DNA of 64,000 nucleotides, from the NCBI GenBank assembly GCA_042408875.1, contig JBHOQS010000015.1, positions 79,299 to 143,298 of the forward strand, read 5' to 3'. Every line of letters begins with the position of its first letter. The stretch's first letter is position 1. The notes below the pieces were generated by a model. That model worked only from the letters and a program-made list of their open reading frames with translations, searched no databases and was not told the DNA's origin. This stretch comes from Chloroflexota bacterium (GTDB lineage Bacteria; Chloroflexota; UBA11872; JBHOQS01). A program made the position numbers and the translations under genes. Positions 55,341 to 64,000 of the stretch are shown here, piece by piece.

Positions 55341-56591
55341 TCATGCTCCAGCGGCGGCCGGCTCAGCCTGCTGCACGCCCACCTCGCTCACCCCACGCTC
55401 TGCGACCTGCCGGCAGTCTCTGAGTGCCAGTACGATCTCCTCGCGTACGCTGGGGTCCTGCTCGACATCGAGACGACGCTCCAGGGCAGCCACGGCCTGC
55501 TGCTTGAGCGCGGGCGGAACAGCAGAGCTCGCCGCGAGACGTCCCAGTGCCCAGGCGGCGTGCCCGCGCACAACTGGATGGTCGTGCTGCTCTAGCACCC
55601 GGATCAGCGGCGGCACTGCTGCCGGGTCGCCGCTGTTGCCCAGCGCCACACACACGTTGCGCTGCAGGCCCCAGCGCTTGGCCCGCAGCACCGGCGAGCC
55701 GCGGAATCGCTGGCGAAACGCAGCGTCGTCCAGCTCGAGAAGCGGGATGAGCTCAGGCAGCGCCTGCTCCGGCGAGGCCGGCTCGAACTCAGCGACCCGC
55801 GTCAGCACCGGCCGGGCGTTGTAGGGGCACACATCCTGGCAGATGTCGCAGCCGAAGATCCAGTCACCCATCTGCGCCCGCAGCTCGCGCGGGATCGGAC
55901 CGCGGTTCTCGATCGTGTGATAGGAAATGCACTTGCGGTTATCCAGCACACCTGGTGCCACCAGTGCGCCGGTAGGGCAGGCGCGCAGGCACAGCGTACA
56001 GCGCCCGCAGGGTTGCTTCTGCGACGGCGCGTCGGGCACGAGCTCGCAGTCCACGATGAGCTCGGCCAGAAACACGAACGAGCCCTTGGGCGTGAGCAGG
56101 CAGGTGTTCTTGCCGGGCGAGCCCAGACCCGCTCGACGTGCCACCGCGCGTTCAGCGAGCGGGCCGGAGTCCACGAAGTAGCGAAAACGTGGCCGACGCC
56201 CGGTGGCCCGCTCCAGATAGTCCACAATTTGGAAGAGCTTCTTCTTGAGCACGTCGTGGTAGTCACGCCCCCAGGCGTAGCGGGCGATGCGGCCGCGCGG
56301 GCGGCCCGGCTCTCCAGCAGGCAGGCGCGCCGCCGAGCGATACGAGACGCCCAGTGCAATGATCGCCCGCGCCTCGGGCAAGAGCGCTCGCGGATCGGTC
56401 GCCCGCCGCACACGCTCGGCGGTGAACCAGTGGTAGCCGTCCATCAGGCCGGCCTCCAGGCGCTCCAGCATACGCGCCCGATCCTCCTCGAACAGCTCCG
56501 GCCCGGTGATGCCGACCAGGTCGAAGCCTAGTGAGCGCGCATAGCGTTTGAGCTCGTTCGTCAGCGTCTGCGGGTCAGGCGACATCGACAT
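55341..56591 (-). CDS. queG: Epoxyqueuosine reductase
   Basis: Two ferredoxin-type Cys clusters (CGRCTLCLRACP, CDICQDVCPYN) and C-terminal HEAT-like repeats typical of QueG. Confidence 0.85.
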   Translation of the reverse strand: MSMSPDPQTLTNELKRYARSLGFDLVGITGPELFEEDRARMLERLEAGLMDGYHWFTAERVRRATDPRALLPEARAIIALGVSYRSAARLPAGEPGRPRGRIARYAWGRDYHDVLKKKLFQIVDYLERATGRRPRFRYFVDSGPLAERAVARRAGLGSPGKNTCLLTPKGSFVFLAELIVDCELVPDAPSQKQPCGRCTLCLRACPTGALVAPGVLDNRKCISYHTIENRGPIPRELRAQMGDWIFGCDICQDVCPYNARPVLTRVAEFEPASPEQALPELIPLLELDDAAFRQRFRGSPVLRAKRWGLQRNVCVALGNSGDPAAVPPLIRVLEQHDHPVVRGHAAWALGRLAASSAVPPALKQQAVAALERRLDVEQDPSVREEIVLALRDCRQVAERGVSEVGVQQAEPAAAGA

Positions 56592-56686
56592 AGCCGGGTG
56601 TCGCTGTGGAAGAGTGTGCGGACCTCTCCATGCCGTGTCCCCTTCGGTTACGGTGTGAGGCCCCGGCCACCTGTCCGCTCTATGTT

Positions 56687-56723
56687 CCCCTCCCCTCTTA
56701 GGGGAGGGCCGGGGGAGGGGTCC
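56687..56723 (-). terminator. GC-rich hairpin downstream of the MscS gene (terminator candidate), same motif family as 32729..32758
   Basis: cccctcccc tctta ggggaggg plus adjacent gggggaggggtcc; shares CCCCTCCCC / GGGGAGGGGTC cores with the hairpin at 32729..32758; no U-tract. Confidence 0.35.
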
Positions 56724-56730
56724 TCACCTG

Positions 56731-57519
56731 CTACTTCGGTGCGGTGATATCGGCTTCCGGCGCCACGTTGCGCAGCTCCCACACGACTTGTGGCAGCACC
56801 TGCTCGACCAACGGGGCCCAGAAGCGCAGGCGGAATGTCGCTTTGCCGCCGGCCGTGCCTTCCAGCCACACCGCTGGCTGAGGCTCAGGCGCGAGCTCTG
56901 CCACCTTCCTCACTGCAGCCTCCAGCCGCTCTTTTATAAGGTGCAGGTCTTCTTCACCGGGCGCCACCGTAATCAGGAGCTCGCCCCGCTGCGCCGGGTA
57001 TGCCGATCGGTTAATAATCACCGACGAGTAAATCGTAGCATTCGGCACGATGATACGCATATTGTTTTCCGTGCGCAGCATCGTGGTCCGCAGGGCAATG
57101 GTCTCGACCTCGCCACGGTGCCCGCCCGGCAGCTCAATGCGGTCGCCGATGCGGAACGGCCGCTCGATAAGGATGTAGAGCCCGGCCACCAGATTGGAGA
57201 GCACATCGCGGAGCGCCAGGCTGATCGCCAGGCCGGCCACGCCGAAGACCGTGACCGACGCCTCAGGCGGGATCCCCAGCAGTGGCAGCGCCACGAGCAC
57301 GCCCAGCGCGATGAGCCCGAAATAGACCAGGTTCTCCAAGATCAGGATCACATGGGCGTCGGCGCGAGCGCGCAAGAGGGCATGCTTCAGGCCTCGCTGG
57401 CTCCAGCGCGCCAGGAAGTAGGCTACGCCGACGACCAGCAGCGCAGCGATGAGCTGGCGCAGCACGACGTACGGATCGATGGCCGGAAACGGGATCTGAT
57501 ACGTCATGACCGGTGGCAT
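56731..57519 (-). CDS. Small-conductance mechanosensitive channel (MscS family)
   Basis: Three N-terminal TM helices then the MscS beta-domain (GDRIELPGGHRGEVETIALRTTMLRTENNMRIIVPN). Confidence 0.85.
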   Translation of the reverse strand: MPPVMTYQIPFPAIDPYVVLRQLIAALLVVGVAYFLARWSQRGLKHALLRARADAHVILILENLVYFGLIALGVLVALPLLGIPPEASVTVFGVAGLAISLALRDVLSNLVAGLYILIERPFRIGDRIELPGGHRGEVETIALRTTMLRTENNMRIIVPNATIYSSVIINRSAYPAQRGELLITVAPGEEDLHLIKERLEAAVRKVAELAPEPQPAVWLEGTAGGKATFRLRFWAPLVEQVLPQVVWELRNVAPEADITAPK

Positions 57520-57580
57520 GGCCTGGACCGCTCGTCTTCCGCGTGTCTGTGTGGAGCGTACTTCTGGTACTCACAACGTC

Positions 57581-57608
57581 ACAGGGGCGCACGGCCGTGC
57601 GCCCCTGT
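57581..57608. other. Perfect 28-bp palindrome ACAGGGGCGCACGG/CCGTGCGCCCCTGT
   Basis: Fully self-complementary; lies between the aminotransferase stop and the MscS start; followed by two direct repeats of ccgaaatcgtactg (57624..57654). Confidence 0.7.
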
Positions 57609-57717
57609 ACCGGAACAGCTCTCCCGAAATCGTACTGTACCGAAATCGTACTGAAAATGGCGCTGAAAGTGGCATCGAAAAATCACAAAGAAACCGCAAC
57701 ACGCACGCCGCGCGACG

Positions 57718-58860
57718 CTATGCGGCCGGGAAACGGCGCAGCCGCTCGAGCGTCTCCTCCAGCACGGCCATAGAGGCAGCATAGCTCATGCGGATGTGCC
57801 CTTCGCCGTAGAACGCCGCGCCAGGCACCGTTGCAATGTGCGCCTCGTTCAGCAGCCGTTCGGCGAAGGCCATGGAATCGCCCCCCGGAACCCGTGGAAA
57901 GACGTAGAAGGCGCCCTCGGGCGTGGGGCAACTCCAGCCTAGCTCGGTCAGGCCCTGCACCAGGAACGTGCGCCGCCGCGCGAACTCGGCGATCATGGTC
58001 TGCACACAGTCCTGCGGACCATTCAGGGCGGCCACTGCGGCAACCTGCGCGATCGACGTAGCGTTCGACGTGCTGTTGCTGTTGAGGTCGATGATACCTT
58101 TGATGATGGGTGCCGGCCCGGCAGCGTAGCCAACCCGCCAGCCAGTCATGCCATACGTCTTGGAGAGGGTGTTGACCACGATCGTCAGCGCCTTGACGTC
58201 GGGGCCGAACGACGCCACGCTCGGCTGCATCCCACGCTCGTAAATAAAGTGCTCGTACGTCTCGTCAGAGATCAGCAGGAACCCGCGTTCCACAGCCAGC
58301 CGGGCAATAGCCCGCAGCTCCTCCTGCTCGATGATCACCCCGGTGGGATTTGAGGGGCTATTCAGCACGAGGGCGCGGGTGCGGGGCGTGAGGCAGGCAG
58401 CGACATCGGCCGCGCGCAGCTTGAGGTCTGCCTGCATGGGCGCCAGCACCGGCACGCCGCCGGCCAGCTTCACCTGCTCGATGAAGGTCGGCCAGATCGG
58501 CACCGGGACAATCACCTCGTCGCCCGGATCGAGGATAACCTGGAACAGGTTATACAGCACATGCTTACCGCCGGCGCAGATCACGACCTCAGACGGCGCA
58601 TAGGCCAGTCCGTTCTCACGCTGGAGCTTGGCAGCGACGGCCTCGCGCAGCTCCGGAATGCCGGCAGAGGGCGTATACTTCGTGAAGCCATCCCGGATCG
58701 CTCGAATCGCGGCCTCTTTGACATGCTCAGGCGTGTCGAAATCCGGCTCGCCGACGCTCAGGTTCAGCACCTTGGCACCGCGGCGCGCCAGCTCCTTCGC
58801 GCGGGTATCCATCGCCAGCGTAGGCGATGGAGCCAGCTCGCGGATGCGCCGCGAGACCAT
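57718..58860 (-). CDS. Aspartate/aromatic aminotransferase (class I, PLP-dependent)
   Basis: ORF 57718..58926 trimmed to ATG 58860 (MVSRRIRELAPSPTLAMD, typical AspAT N-terminus); SVGEPDFDTP, NSPSNPTG, PLP-lysine region TLSKTYGMTGWR. Confidence 0.85.
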   Translation of the reverse strand: MVSRRIRELAPSPTLAMDTRAKELARRGAKVLNLSVGEPDFDTPEHVKEAAIRAIRDGFTKYTPSAGIPELREAVAAKLQRENGLAYAPSEVVICAGGKHVLYNLFQVILDPGDEVIVPVPIWPTFIEQVKLAGGVPVLAPMQADLKLRAADVAACLTPRTRALVLNSPSNPTGVIIEQEELRAIARLAVERGFLLISDETYEHFIYERGMQPSVASFGPDVKALTIVVNTLSKTYGMTGWRVGYAAGPAPIIKGIIDLNSNSTSNATSIAQVAAVAALNGPQDCVQTMIAEFARRRTFLVQGLTELGWSCPTPEGAFYVFPRVPGGDSMAFAERLLNEAHIATVPGAAFYGEGHIRMSYAASMAVLEETLERLRRFPAA

Positions 58861-58952
58861 CCGCACGCTTCCGGCCGTGCCCGGCGCCTGCCCCTGCACT
58901 GTCACCACTTTCTCCCTCTCTTGCAACCGGCTACCTCGTGCAATCCGTGGCG

Positions 58953-58994
58953 TACTGCCTATACATACTGCCTATACAGCATACTGCCTATACA
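58953..58994. repeat. Three direct copies of tactgcctataca
   Basis: Copies at 58953, 58966, 58982 in the intergenic region upstream of the aminotransferase gene. Confidence 0.8.
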
Positions 58995-59097
58995 GGGCTC
59001 TTCCAGGGCAAAAGCTACTTCTTCCCTGCACACCTCACAGGGATTTGGCGCAACAAGAGTCCTTCGGCAGTGCGACGTTCCTGCCACACCTGCAGAA

Positions 59098-59670
59098 CTA
59101 TACCATCCGGCTACGGAGGGAGTCGAGACGCGCGGCGAGCTGGGCGGCATGTGCGTCGCAGCAGCGATCGGTCTTGCGGTCGGTGTCGTCGAGCGTGTTC
59201 GAAAAGTACATCACGCAGGCCGGGTCAGCGCAGTGCTCCAGGCCATACGTATGTCCGAGCTCGTGCACGGCCTCCTTGACCGCCCGCGCTAGCAGCACCT
59301 GCTGGTCGGGAGGCTGCCCCCAGAATTCGGGGCGTAGGCGCGCCAAGGCGATCACAGCGGCAGGACCGCCGCGCTGGGCCTGGCCGAAAATGAAGTTCAG
59401 GCCAGGGGCAAACAGATCAAGGTCAGCCACGCCCAGCAGACGCTCTGCGTTGCCACGGAGCGCGAGCAGCCGTTGCAGGATCGGCGCAGCCAGATACTGC
59501 CTGCGCCGCGGCACAAAGGCCTCGTGGGGAGGGGAGGGTCCGTGGGGCTCCAGGCGAACGGCGCGGCCGGGAAACCGCGCCGCAATGGCCGGCAGCAGCC
59601 CGCTGAGGATGTCGTGGGGCACGTCTCCGATAGGCACAAGCACGATAACTGGCTGGTTCGTCTGCACCAT
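59098..59670 (-). CDS. Archaemetzincin-like zinc metalloprotease (M54 family)
   Basis: HELGHTYGLEHCADPACVMYFSNTLDDTDRKTDRCC matches HExxHxxGxxHCxxxxCxM...CxxC. Confidence 0.8.
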   Translation of the reverse strand: MVQTNQPVIVLVPIGDVPHDILSGLLPAIAARFPGRAVRLEPHGPSPPHEAFVPRRRQYLAAPILQRLLALRGNAERLLGVADLDLFAPGLNFIFGQAQRGGPAAVIALARLRPEFWGQPPDQQVLLARAVKEAVHELGHTYGLEHCADPACVMYFSNTLDDTDRKTDRCCDAHAAQLAARLDSLRSRMV

Positions 59671-59841
59671 ACGCCCTAGCCTTTCACGTAGTTTTATATA
59701 TTTTTCCTTACTTTTCCTCCCTAACCCGTATCCCTAACTCGTACCTCCATTGACTCAGGTCGTTGAGTATGCTACCCCGGTCATGGAGTCACAGCATAGG
59801 AGCGCCTGCAGGGAGCCAGCGCCACCGAGGAGGAGACGCAC

Positions 59842-60627
59842 ATGTACACCTACGAAGGGATGCTTGCTGAGACGATCACCATGGCCGGCCACAACGGCGA
59901 CCTGATCGAGGCCTACCTGGCACGCCCGCTGGGCATGATCCAGGTGCCCGGCGTGGTGGTCATCCATCACATGCCCGGCTGGGATGAATGGAGCAAAGAG
60001 GTCACCCGCAAGCTGGCCTACCACGGCTACGCGGCTATCTGCCCGCATCTCTTCTCCCGCTGGGGACCGGGCCGCTGGGATGACCTGGCCGCAGCCGCTC
60101 GCGCTGCCGGTGGGCCACCAGATGCCCAGGTGATGGGCGATATTGCGGCGGCAGCACAGCTCCTGCGCACGCAGCCCTGGGCGAACGGCAAGGTAGGGGT
60201 GATTGGCTTTTGCTCCGGCGGCCGCCACGCCTACATCGCTGCCTGCCGCGTCCCCGGCCTCGATGCGGCGGTTGATTGCTGGGGCGGTCGGGTGGTGGTA
60301 CGTCCAGAGGAGCTGAACGAGCGCCAGCCGGAGGCCCCGATTGATATGACCAAAGATATGGCCTGCCCCCTGCTGGGCATCTTCGGCAACGAGGATACCA
60401 ACCCCGACCCGGCGCAGGTGGACCGCATCGAGGAAGAGCTCCGCAAGTACGGGAAACAGTACGAGTTCTACCGCTACGATGGCGCCGGCCATGGGTTCTT
60501 CGCCGTGGACCGGCCGTCGTACCGACCGCAGCAAGCGGTTGATGGCTGGCAGAAGGTGTTTGCCTTTTTCGAGCGGTACCTGCGCACCGCTCCATCCGGA
60601 GCGGCAGCTGCTGGCTCGCCGTGGTGA
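59842..60627 (+). CDS. Dienelactone hydrolase family protein
   Basis: GAGGAGGAG RBS; alpha/beta-hydrolase with nucleophile motif GFCSGG and C-terminal Asp/His. Confidence 0.85.
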   Translation: MYTYEGMLAETITMAGHNGDLIEAYLARPLGMIQVPGVVVIHHMPGWDEWSKEVTRKLAYHGYAAICPHLFSRWGPGRWDDLAAAARAAGGPPDAQVMGDIAAAAQLLRTQPWANGKVGVIGFCSGGRHAYIAACRVPGLDAAVDCWGGRVVVRPEELNERQPEAPIDMTKDMACPLLGIFGNEDTNPDPAQVDRIEEELRKYGKQYEFYRYDGAGHGFFAVDRPSYRPQQAVDGWQKVFAFFERYLRTAPSGAAAAGSPW

Positions 60628-60670
60628 GCAATCAGGAGACGACCAGGGCACGAACTAGGAGACGCAGACG

Positions 60671-60958
60671 ATGTGTACGATGATCTGCCGGACTGTTGAC
60701 ATCCAGGGCCAGGGCAAGGGCCCGGCCGGATGGATTACTCTGACGCAGGCGCATGTCGCATATGACCACCCTGTCAGCGCGCCATTCGACCACGCTCTGC
60801 TGCTCGACTTCGTTGACAGCGCAGCGGGGCCGGGCGCGCGTGTCATCGTTGAGCTCAGCCCCGACGCCGCCCGCGCCCTGGTCCAGGCGATCGAGGCAGC
60901 CCTGCAAGAGGCTGAAGTCCAGCACGCCCTTGGTGCAGCCGGCGGCCATGCCGGGTAG
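60671..60958 (+). CDS. Small hypothetical protein
   Basis: 95 aa, GGAGACG RBS, coding-like composition; no recognised motif. Confidence 0.5.
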   Translation: MCTMICRTVDIQGQGKGPAGWITLTQAHVAYDHPVSAPFDHALLLDFVDSAAGPGARVIVELSPDAARALVQAIEAALQEAEVQHALGAAGGHAG

Positions 60959-61126
60959 TGAGGGCCGCGACGCCGCAACGCTCTTTCGCAACGCTCTTTA
61001 GAGAGGCGGCTGCGGTGCTCGTACGGCGCCGCAGACATCACAGCGGCTTCGAGGCAGCCCGGACGCGAGCGAGGCCCCCCGTGGAGAGGGCCTCGTTGTG
61101 CCCGGAAGATTGGATACCCGTAGAAG

Positions 61127-61494
61127 TGGTGGAGATGGGGGAGAGTCGAACTCCCCGTCCAGAGCCGATCCGCCGAAAGTGCCTACAAGCTTAGCCGACC
61201 TTTTGCTCTCGCACATCCGGCACCGATCGGCGGGTGCGACGGATGCGCCAGCTCATGCGTCTTTGCCGGATCCTATGAGCCTCAGACCCGGCGCACTCCG
61301 GCATTGTCACGCCCGTTCACTCCCCACCGGAGCGAGGGAGTGGCGGACGACGCTGTGCGGCTTCGTTAGGCCGCCAGAGCGTAGCTGTACTGCGGCTTGG
61401 CAGTTATTTTTTCGCCGGTTGTTTTACGAGACGGTTACCGGCACCTCGGCTTGCCACTTCCGACCAATCGACCCTGTCGAAACCCGACATCCCC
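61127..61494 (-). ncRNA. ssrA: tmRNA (transfer-messenger RNA)
   Basis: Minus-strand 5' end GGGGAUGUCGGGUUUCGACAGGG and 3' end ...GGGGAGUUCGACUCUCCCCCAUCUCCACCA (T-arm, acceptor stem pairing with the 5' end, encoded CCA); internal tag frame ends ...YSYALAA then UAA. Confidence 0.85.
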
Positions 61495-61524
61495 GCTTGG
61501 ATGCCCGGTTTAGGGCAGCCGGCA

Positions 61525-61545
61525 CCTTACTATTATACACTACCG
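61525..61545 (-). promoter_or_regulatory. Candidate -10 element (TATAAT) for tmRNA precursor
   Basis: Reverse complement of 61532..61537 is TATAAT, about 40 nt upstream of the mature tmRNA 5' end; no good -35. Confidence 0.35.
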
Positions 61546-61595
61546 TGGGTGCCGCCGGTAGCGCGCCGGCGGGCCTGGTGCATCACAGGCGCGAG

Positions 61596-61838
61596 TCACT
61601 GTCCGCCCATGGAGCGGACGACAACGAGCAGGAGCACCAGCACAAGCACCAGGACGATTCCCAGCTCGAAGACGTGTCCGAGAAGGCTGACGAGCCAGTC
61701 GCCAACCCCTCCCTCATTATCTCGCGGGTGGACCCGGTAGTTCACGGCTGCGCTCTCCTCCCTGGCCACAGTGTCATATCGTCGCCACCATACCAGGAAG
61801 GTCCATCCAGGGCAGCCTCTCAGGTCCCGGCCGGCCAC
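61596..61838 (-). CDS. Possible small tail-anchored membrane protein (hypothetical)
   Basis: 80-aa ORF with C-terminal hydrophobic helix LGIVLVLVLVLLLVVV; GTG start, weak RBS; overlapped only by an ORF judged spurious. Confidence 0.25.
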   Translation of the reverse strand: MAGRDLRGCPGWTFLVWWRRYDTVAREESAAVNYRVHPRDNEGGVGDWLVSLLGHVFELGIVLVLVLVLLLVVVRSMGGQ

Positions 61839-62028
61839 ACCAGCCTAGCCCGGTCGGATGCATCCGGCAGGCCATGGCGGTCACAGTGCCGCAGCGCCAT
61901 CCAGGAGCCGTCACCGCCCGTCATGGAGCGCCGGGCTCTCCCAATAGCTCCACTGTGGTTTGTGGTTAAGGGCGCCACACAGAGATAGGCGTGCCGGATC
62001 GCTCTGCCTGCGGCGCCCCACGGATGCC

Positions 62029-63393
62029 TCAGTCCAGGTATTTCGCAAACACCGAATTGGCGAAGTCCTCGGCCTGCTTCATACCCTCACGGACGCCGAT
62101 CTTCCCCATCAGCGCGTCGGTCACGATCTGCGTCACCTGCGCGCGGTATTCGGCCAGCGGCGCCTTGTAATGAGCCGGCAGCGGACGCGTCGCCAGCAGC
62201 GACTCCCGCAGCAGGCGCCGGCCGGAGGGCGGGCCGGCCTTCTCGGGATTGGCGTAGGTCTCCGTCGCCGAGTCAAGGCGCGCTGGCACTTCTTGGAACA
62301 GGCTGACGATCCGATCCTGCACCGGCTTGGTCAGCATGTACTTCATGAACTCCCAGGTGGCTTCGACCTGCTTCGTCTGCGCGTTCATCACCAGGGCGCG
62401 CAGGTTGGCTGCGCTCCCCGTCTTGCCCGTCTGCGGGGACTTGGGGACGAAGCTGGCGTCCCAGCGCAGCCCGGCCACTTGCATGTTTTGCTGGAATACC
62501 CAGTCGCCCACCGTGCTGATCGCCGCCAGACCCTGGTGGAACATCTGCGTGGTGTTAAGGCCCGTCGCTGCGATCTCCTCTTGGATGGGCGCGACGCGAT
62601 GCTTCTGGATCAGGCTTGCCAGGAACTCGATGGCTTCGACTGCCTGGGGCGCGGCAAGCGTGCAGCGCTTCAGATCAGGGGTGAAGTAGCTGCCGCCGTT
62701 GGCGTAGACGAAGTTCAACCAGCCGCTTTCGTCGCCCGTGATGACAATGAAGCCAAATCGTGTCTCCTGCGGCGTGGTCCCGCGGCGAGTGAGCTTCTGC
62801 GCGTATTCCAGCAGGGCGTTCCAGTCCCACCTGTCGCCGAGCTCCACCGGGGACTTCAGCCCGGCAGCTTCGAGGTAGGCCAGGTTGAACACGCTGGCGA
62901 TCGTGCTGTAGTCCCAGGGCCAGCCAGTGATCTTGCCCTCGATACGGTACCACTCGTCGTACGCCCTCAGCACCGCAGCGTGGTCGCTGGTGGCTGCCTT
63001 GTCTCTGCTGATCAGGGCGGAGAGGTCGCGCAGAAGACCCTGGGCCGCCCAGGAGCGAGCGTTGGTGTTCATAAGAAAGACATCTGGTCCTACGTTGCCG
63101 GCCAGCGCGGCGGTAAGCTTGTTCCAGTAGTCCGGTAGCGCCGGCACGAAGGTGACCGTCACGCCGGTCTGCCGCGCATTGAACTCGTTCACCAGGGTTT
63201 CGAAGCCGGGGTTGTAGCCGGTGCCCCACTGCCAGAACTCAGGCGTACCCGTTACCTGTGCAGCAGGTGCCTGGGCACCAGGTGCTGTGCCGGCGCGCGT
63301 GCAGGCCGCCAGCGCGCCCGCGCCGGCGAGCCCGGCGATTCCCAGAGCAGAGCGCAACAAACCGCGCCGTGTGGTCCCAGTACTCTGCAACAT
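62029..63393 (-). CDS. ABC transporter solute-binding protein (sugar type) with Tat/lipoprotein signal
   Basis: MLQSTGTTRRGLLRSALGIAGLAGAGALAAC signal; family-1 SBP features. Confidence 0.85.
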   Translation of the reverse strand: MLQSTGTTRRGLLRSALGIAGLAGAGALAACTRAGTAPGAQAPAAQVTGTPEFWQWGTGYNPGFETLVNEFNARQTGVTVTFVPALPDYWNKLTAALAGNVGPDVFLMNTNARSWAAQGLLRDLSALISRDKAATSDHAAVLRAYDEWYRIEGKITGWPWDYSTIASVFNLAYLEAAGLKSPVELGDRWDWNALLEYAQKLTRRGTTPQETRFGFIVITGDESGWLNFVYANGGSYFTPDLKRCTLAAPQAVEAIEFLASLIQKHRVAPIQEEIAATGLNTTQMFHQGLAAISTVGDWVFQQNMQVAGLRWDASFVPKSPQTGKTGSAANLRALVMNAQTKQVEATWEFMKYMLTKPVQDRIVSLFQEVPARLDSATETYANPEKAGPPSGRRLLRESLLATRPLPAHYKAPLAEYRAQVTQIVTDALMGKIGVREGMKQAEDFANSVFAKYLD

Positions 63394-63443
63394 GGTCTTT
63401 CCCTCCCGCGAGCGTTAAAAAGTCTTGCCCGTGCATGTGCGGG

Positions 63444-64000
63444 TTACGCCGTCTGCGCGCGGCGTAGGAGCTCGTTCATCGGCCCGCGTAGATCGTTCAT
63501 CGCTCCCTGCACGCTCTTCTCCCCGCGCAGCACAGCGTTCCACTGCTGGTCAAAGAGCGTCTGCACCTCGGGGCCTGCCTTGGGGATACGCCATACCCGC
63601 ACGATGCGTGCAGTCTCTACATAAGTGTCGTAGTTTTCCCATGGGAGCAACAGTTTGCGGAACGTGCCGTTGTCGTAGAGCGACTTGCGCACCGGCTGCG
63701 GACGGCTCGATTCCAGCAGGATCTGCGCACCCCCTTCCCACTGGGTCACGAAGGCACACAGCTTATACGAGTCATCGTGTTGCTTGGAGTCTTTGAGGAT
63801 GCCAAAGCCATTGTTGCCGTCCCGGGTCCAGCGACCGGCCGGCCCTTTGGGGACAGGGGCGATCCCCAGCTCAAACGTAGCTACGTCTTTCAGGTCGGGC
63901 ACATAGAACTTCCCGCCGTACTGAATGCCAATACGCCCGGAGTTGATGCGCCGGCTGTTGATCGCCGGAATGGCTTGCACCTCCGGCCCTACCGGCACCA
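63444..64000 (-). CDS. ABC transporter solute-binding protein, C-terminal part (5' end beyond window)
   Basis: Frame open to the window edge; C-terminal sequence typical of sugar SBPs (...FDQQWNAVLRGEKSVQGAMNDLRGPMNELLRRAQTA). Confidence 0.65.
   Translation of the reverse strand, partial: VPVGPEVQAIPAINSRRINSGRIGIQYGGKFYVPDLKDVATFELGIAPVPKGPAGRWTRDGNNGFGILKDSKQHDDSYKLCAFVTQWEGGAQILLESSRPQPVRKSLYDNGTFRKLLLPWENYDTYVETARIVRVWRIPKAGPEVQTLFDQQWNAVLRGEKSVQGAMNDLRGPMNELLRRAQTA

Noticed and set aside
60959-61126. Genomic island integrated at the tmRNA 3' end
   Set aside because: No integrase, no duplicated tmRNA 3' end and no compositional island in the flanks; neighbours are housekeeping-type genes.
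61098-61988. 296-aa plus-strand ORF
   Set aside because: It overlaps the tmRNA gene (61127..61494 minus) and its promoter; the region is better explained as tmRNA plus non-coding flank.
61960-63138. 392-aa plus-strand ORF
   Set aside because: Antisense to the solute-binding protein gene 62029..63393, which has a clear signal peptide and family signature.

Overview
GC-rich bacterial chromosomal segment (lineage not determinable from sequence alone; the split cytochrome b6/subunit-IV bc complex, YfhO and PMT-like GT-C enzymes fit a Chloroflexota-like or other high-GC organism). All calls come from reading the sequence and ORF translations; no database search was run, so functions are motif-based and start codons are approximate. 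I support about 55 protein-coding genes and one tmRNA; I found no rRNA, tRNA, CRISPR array, integrase or transposase. Main modules, left to right: LacI plus sugar-binding lipoprotein; a cytochrome b6 / subunit IV / Rieske / diheme cytochrome c operon with a near-consensus promoter; KDPG aldolase; seven co-directional, start/stop-overlapping glycosyltransferase genes (three GT2, one GT4, two PMT/ArnT-like GT-C, one YfhO); a minus-strand phosphatidylinositol / PIM-type operon (ino1, two PatA/LpxL-like acyltransferases, PimA-like GT4, CDP-alcohol phosphatidyltransferase) preceded by an extreme AT-rich island; ArsR plus 2-oxoacid dehydrogenase E1alpha/E1beta/E2 plus a LarA-like protein; a sugar ABC transporter behind a repeat-rich leader; a two-component system next to an NnrS-like protein; MerR plus ABC exporter; GAF histidine kinase and L,D-transpeptidase; then queG, MscS, aminotransferase, archaemetzincin, dienelactone hydrolase, tmRNA and solute-binding proteins. 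The best candidate for an undescribed system is the glycosyltransferase cluster lying directly beside the PI/PIM operon, which together look like a phosphatidylinositol-anchored lipoglycan pathway; this is an inference. Secondary candidates are the LarA-like / E3-less 2-oxoacid dehydrogenase operon and several unexplained repeat and palindrome elements.
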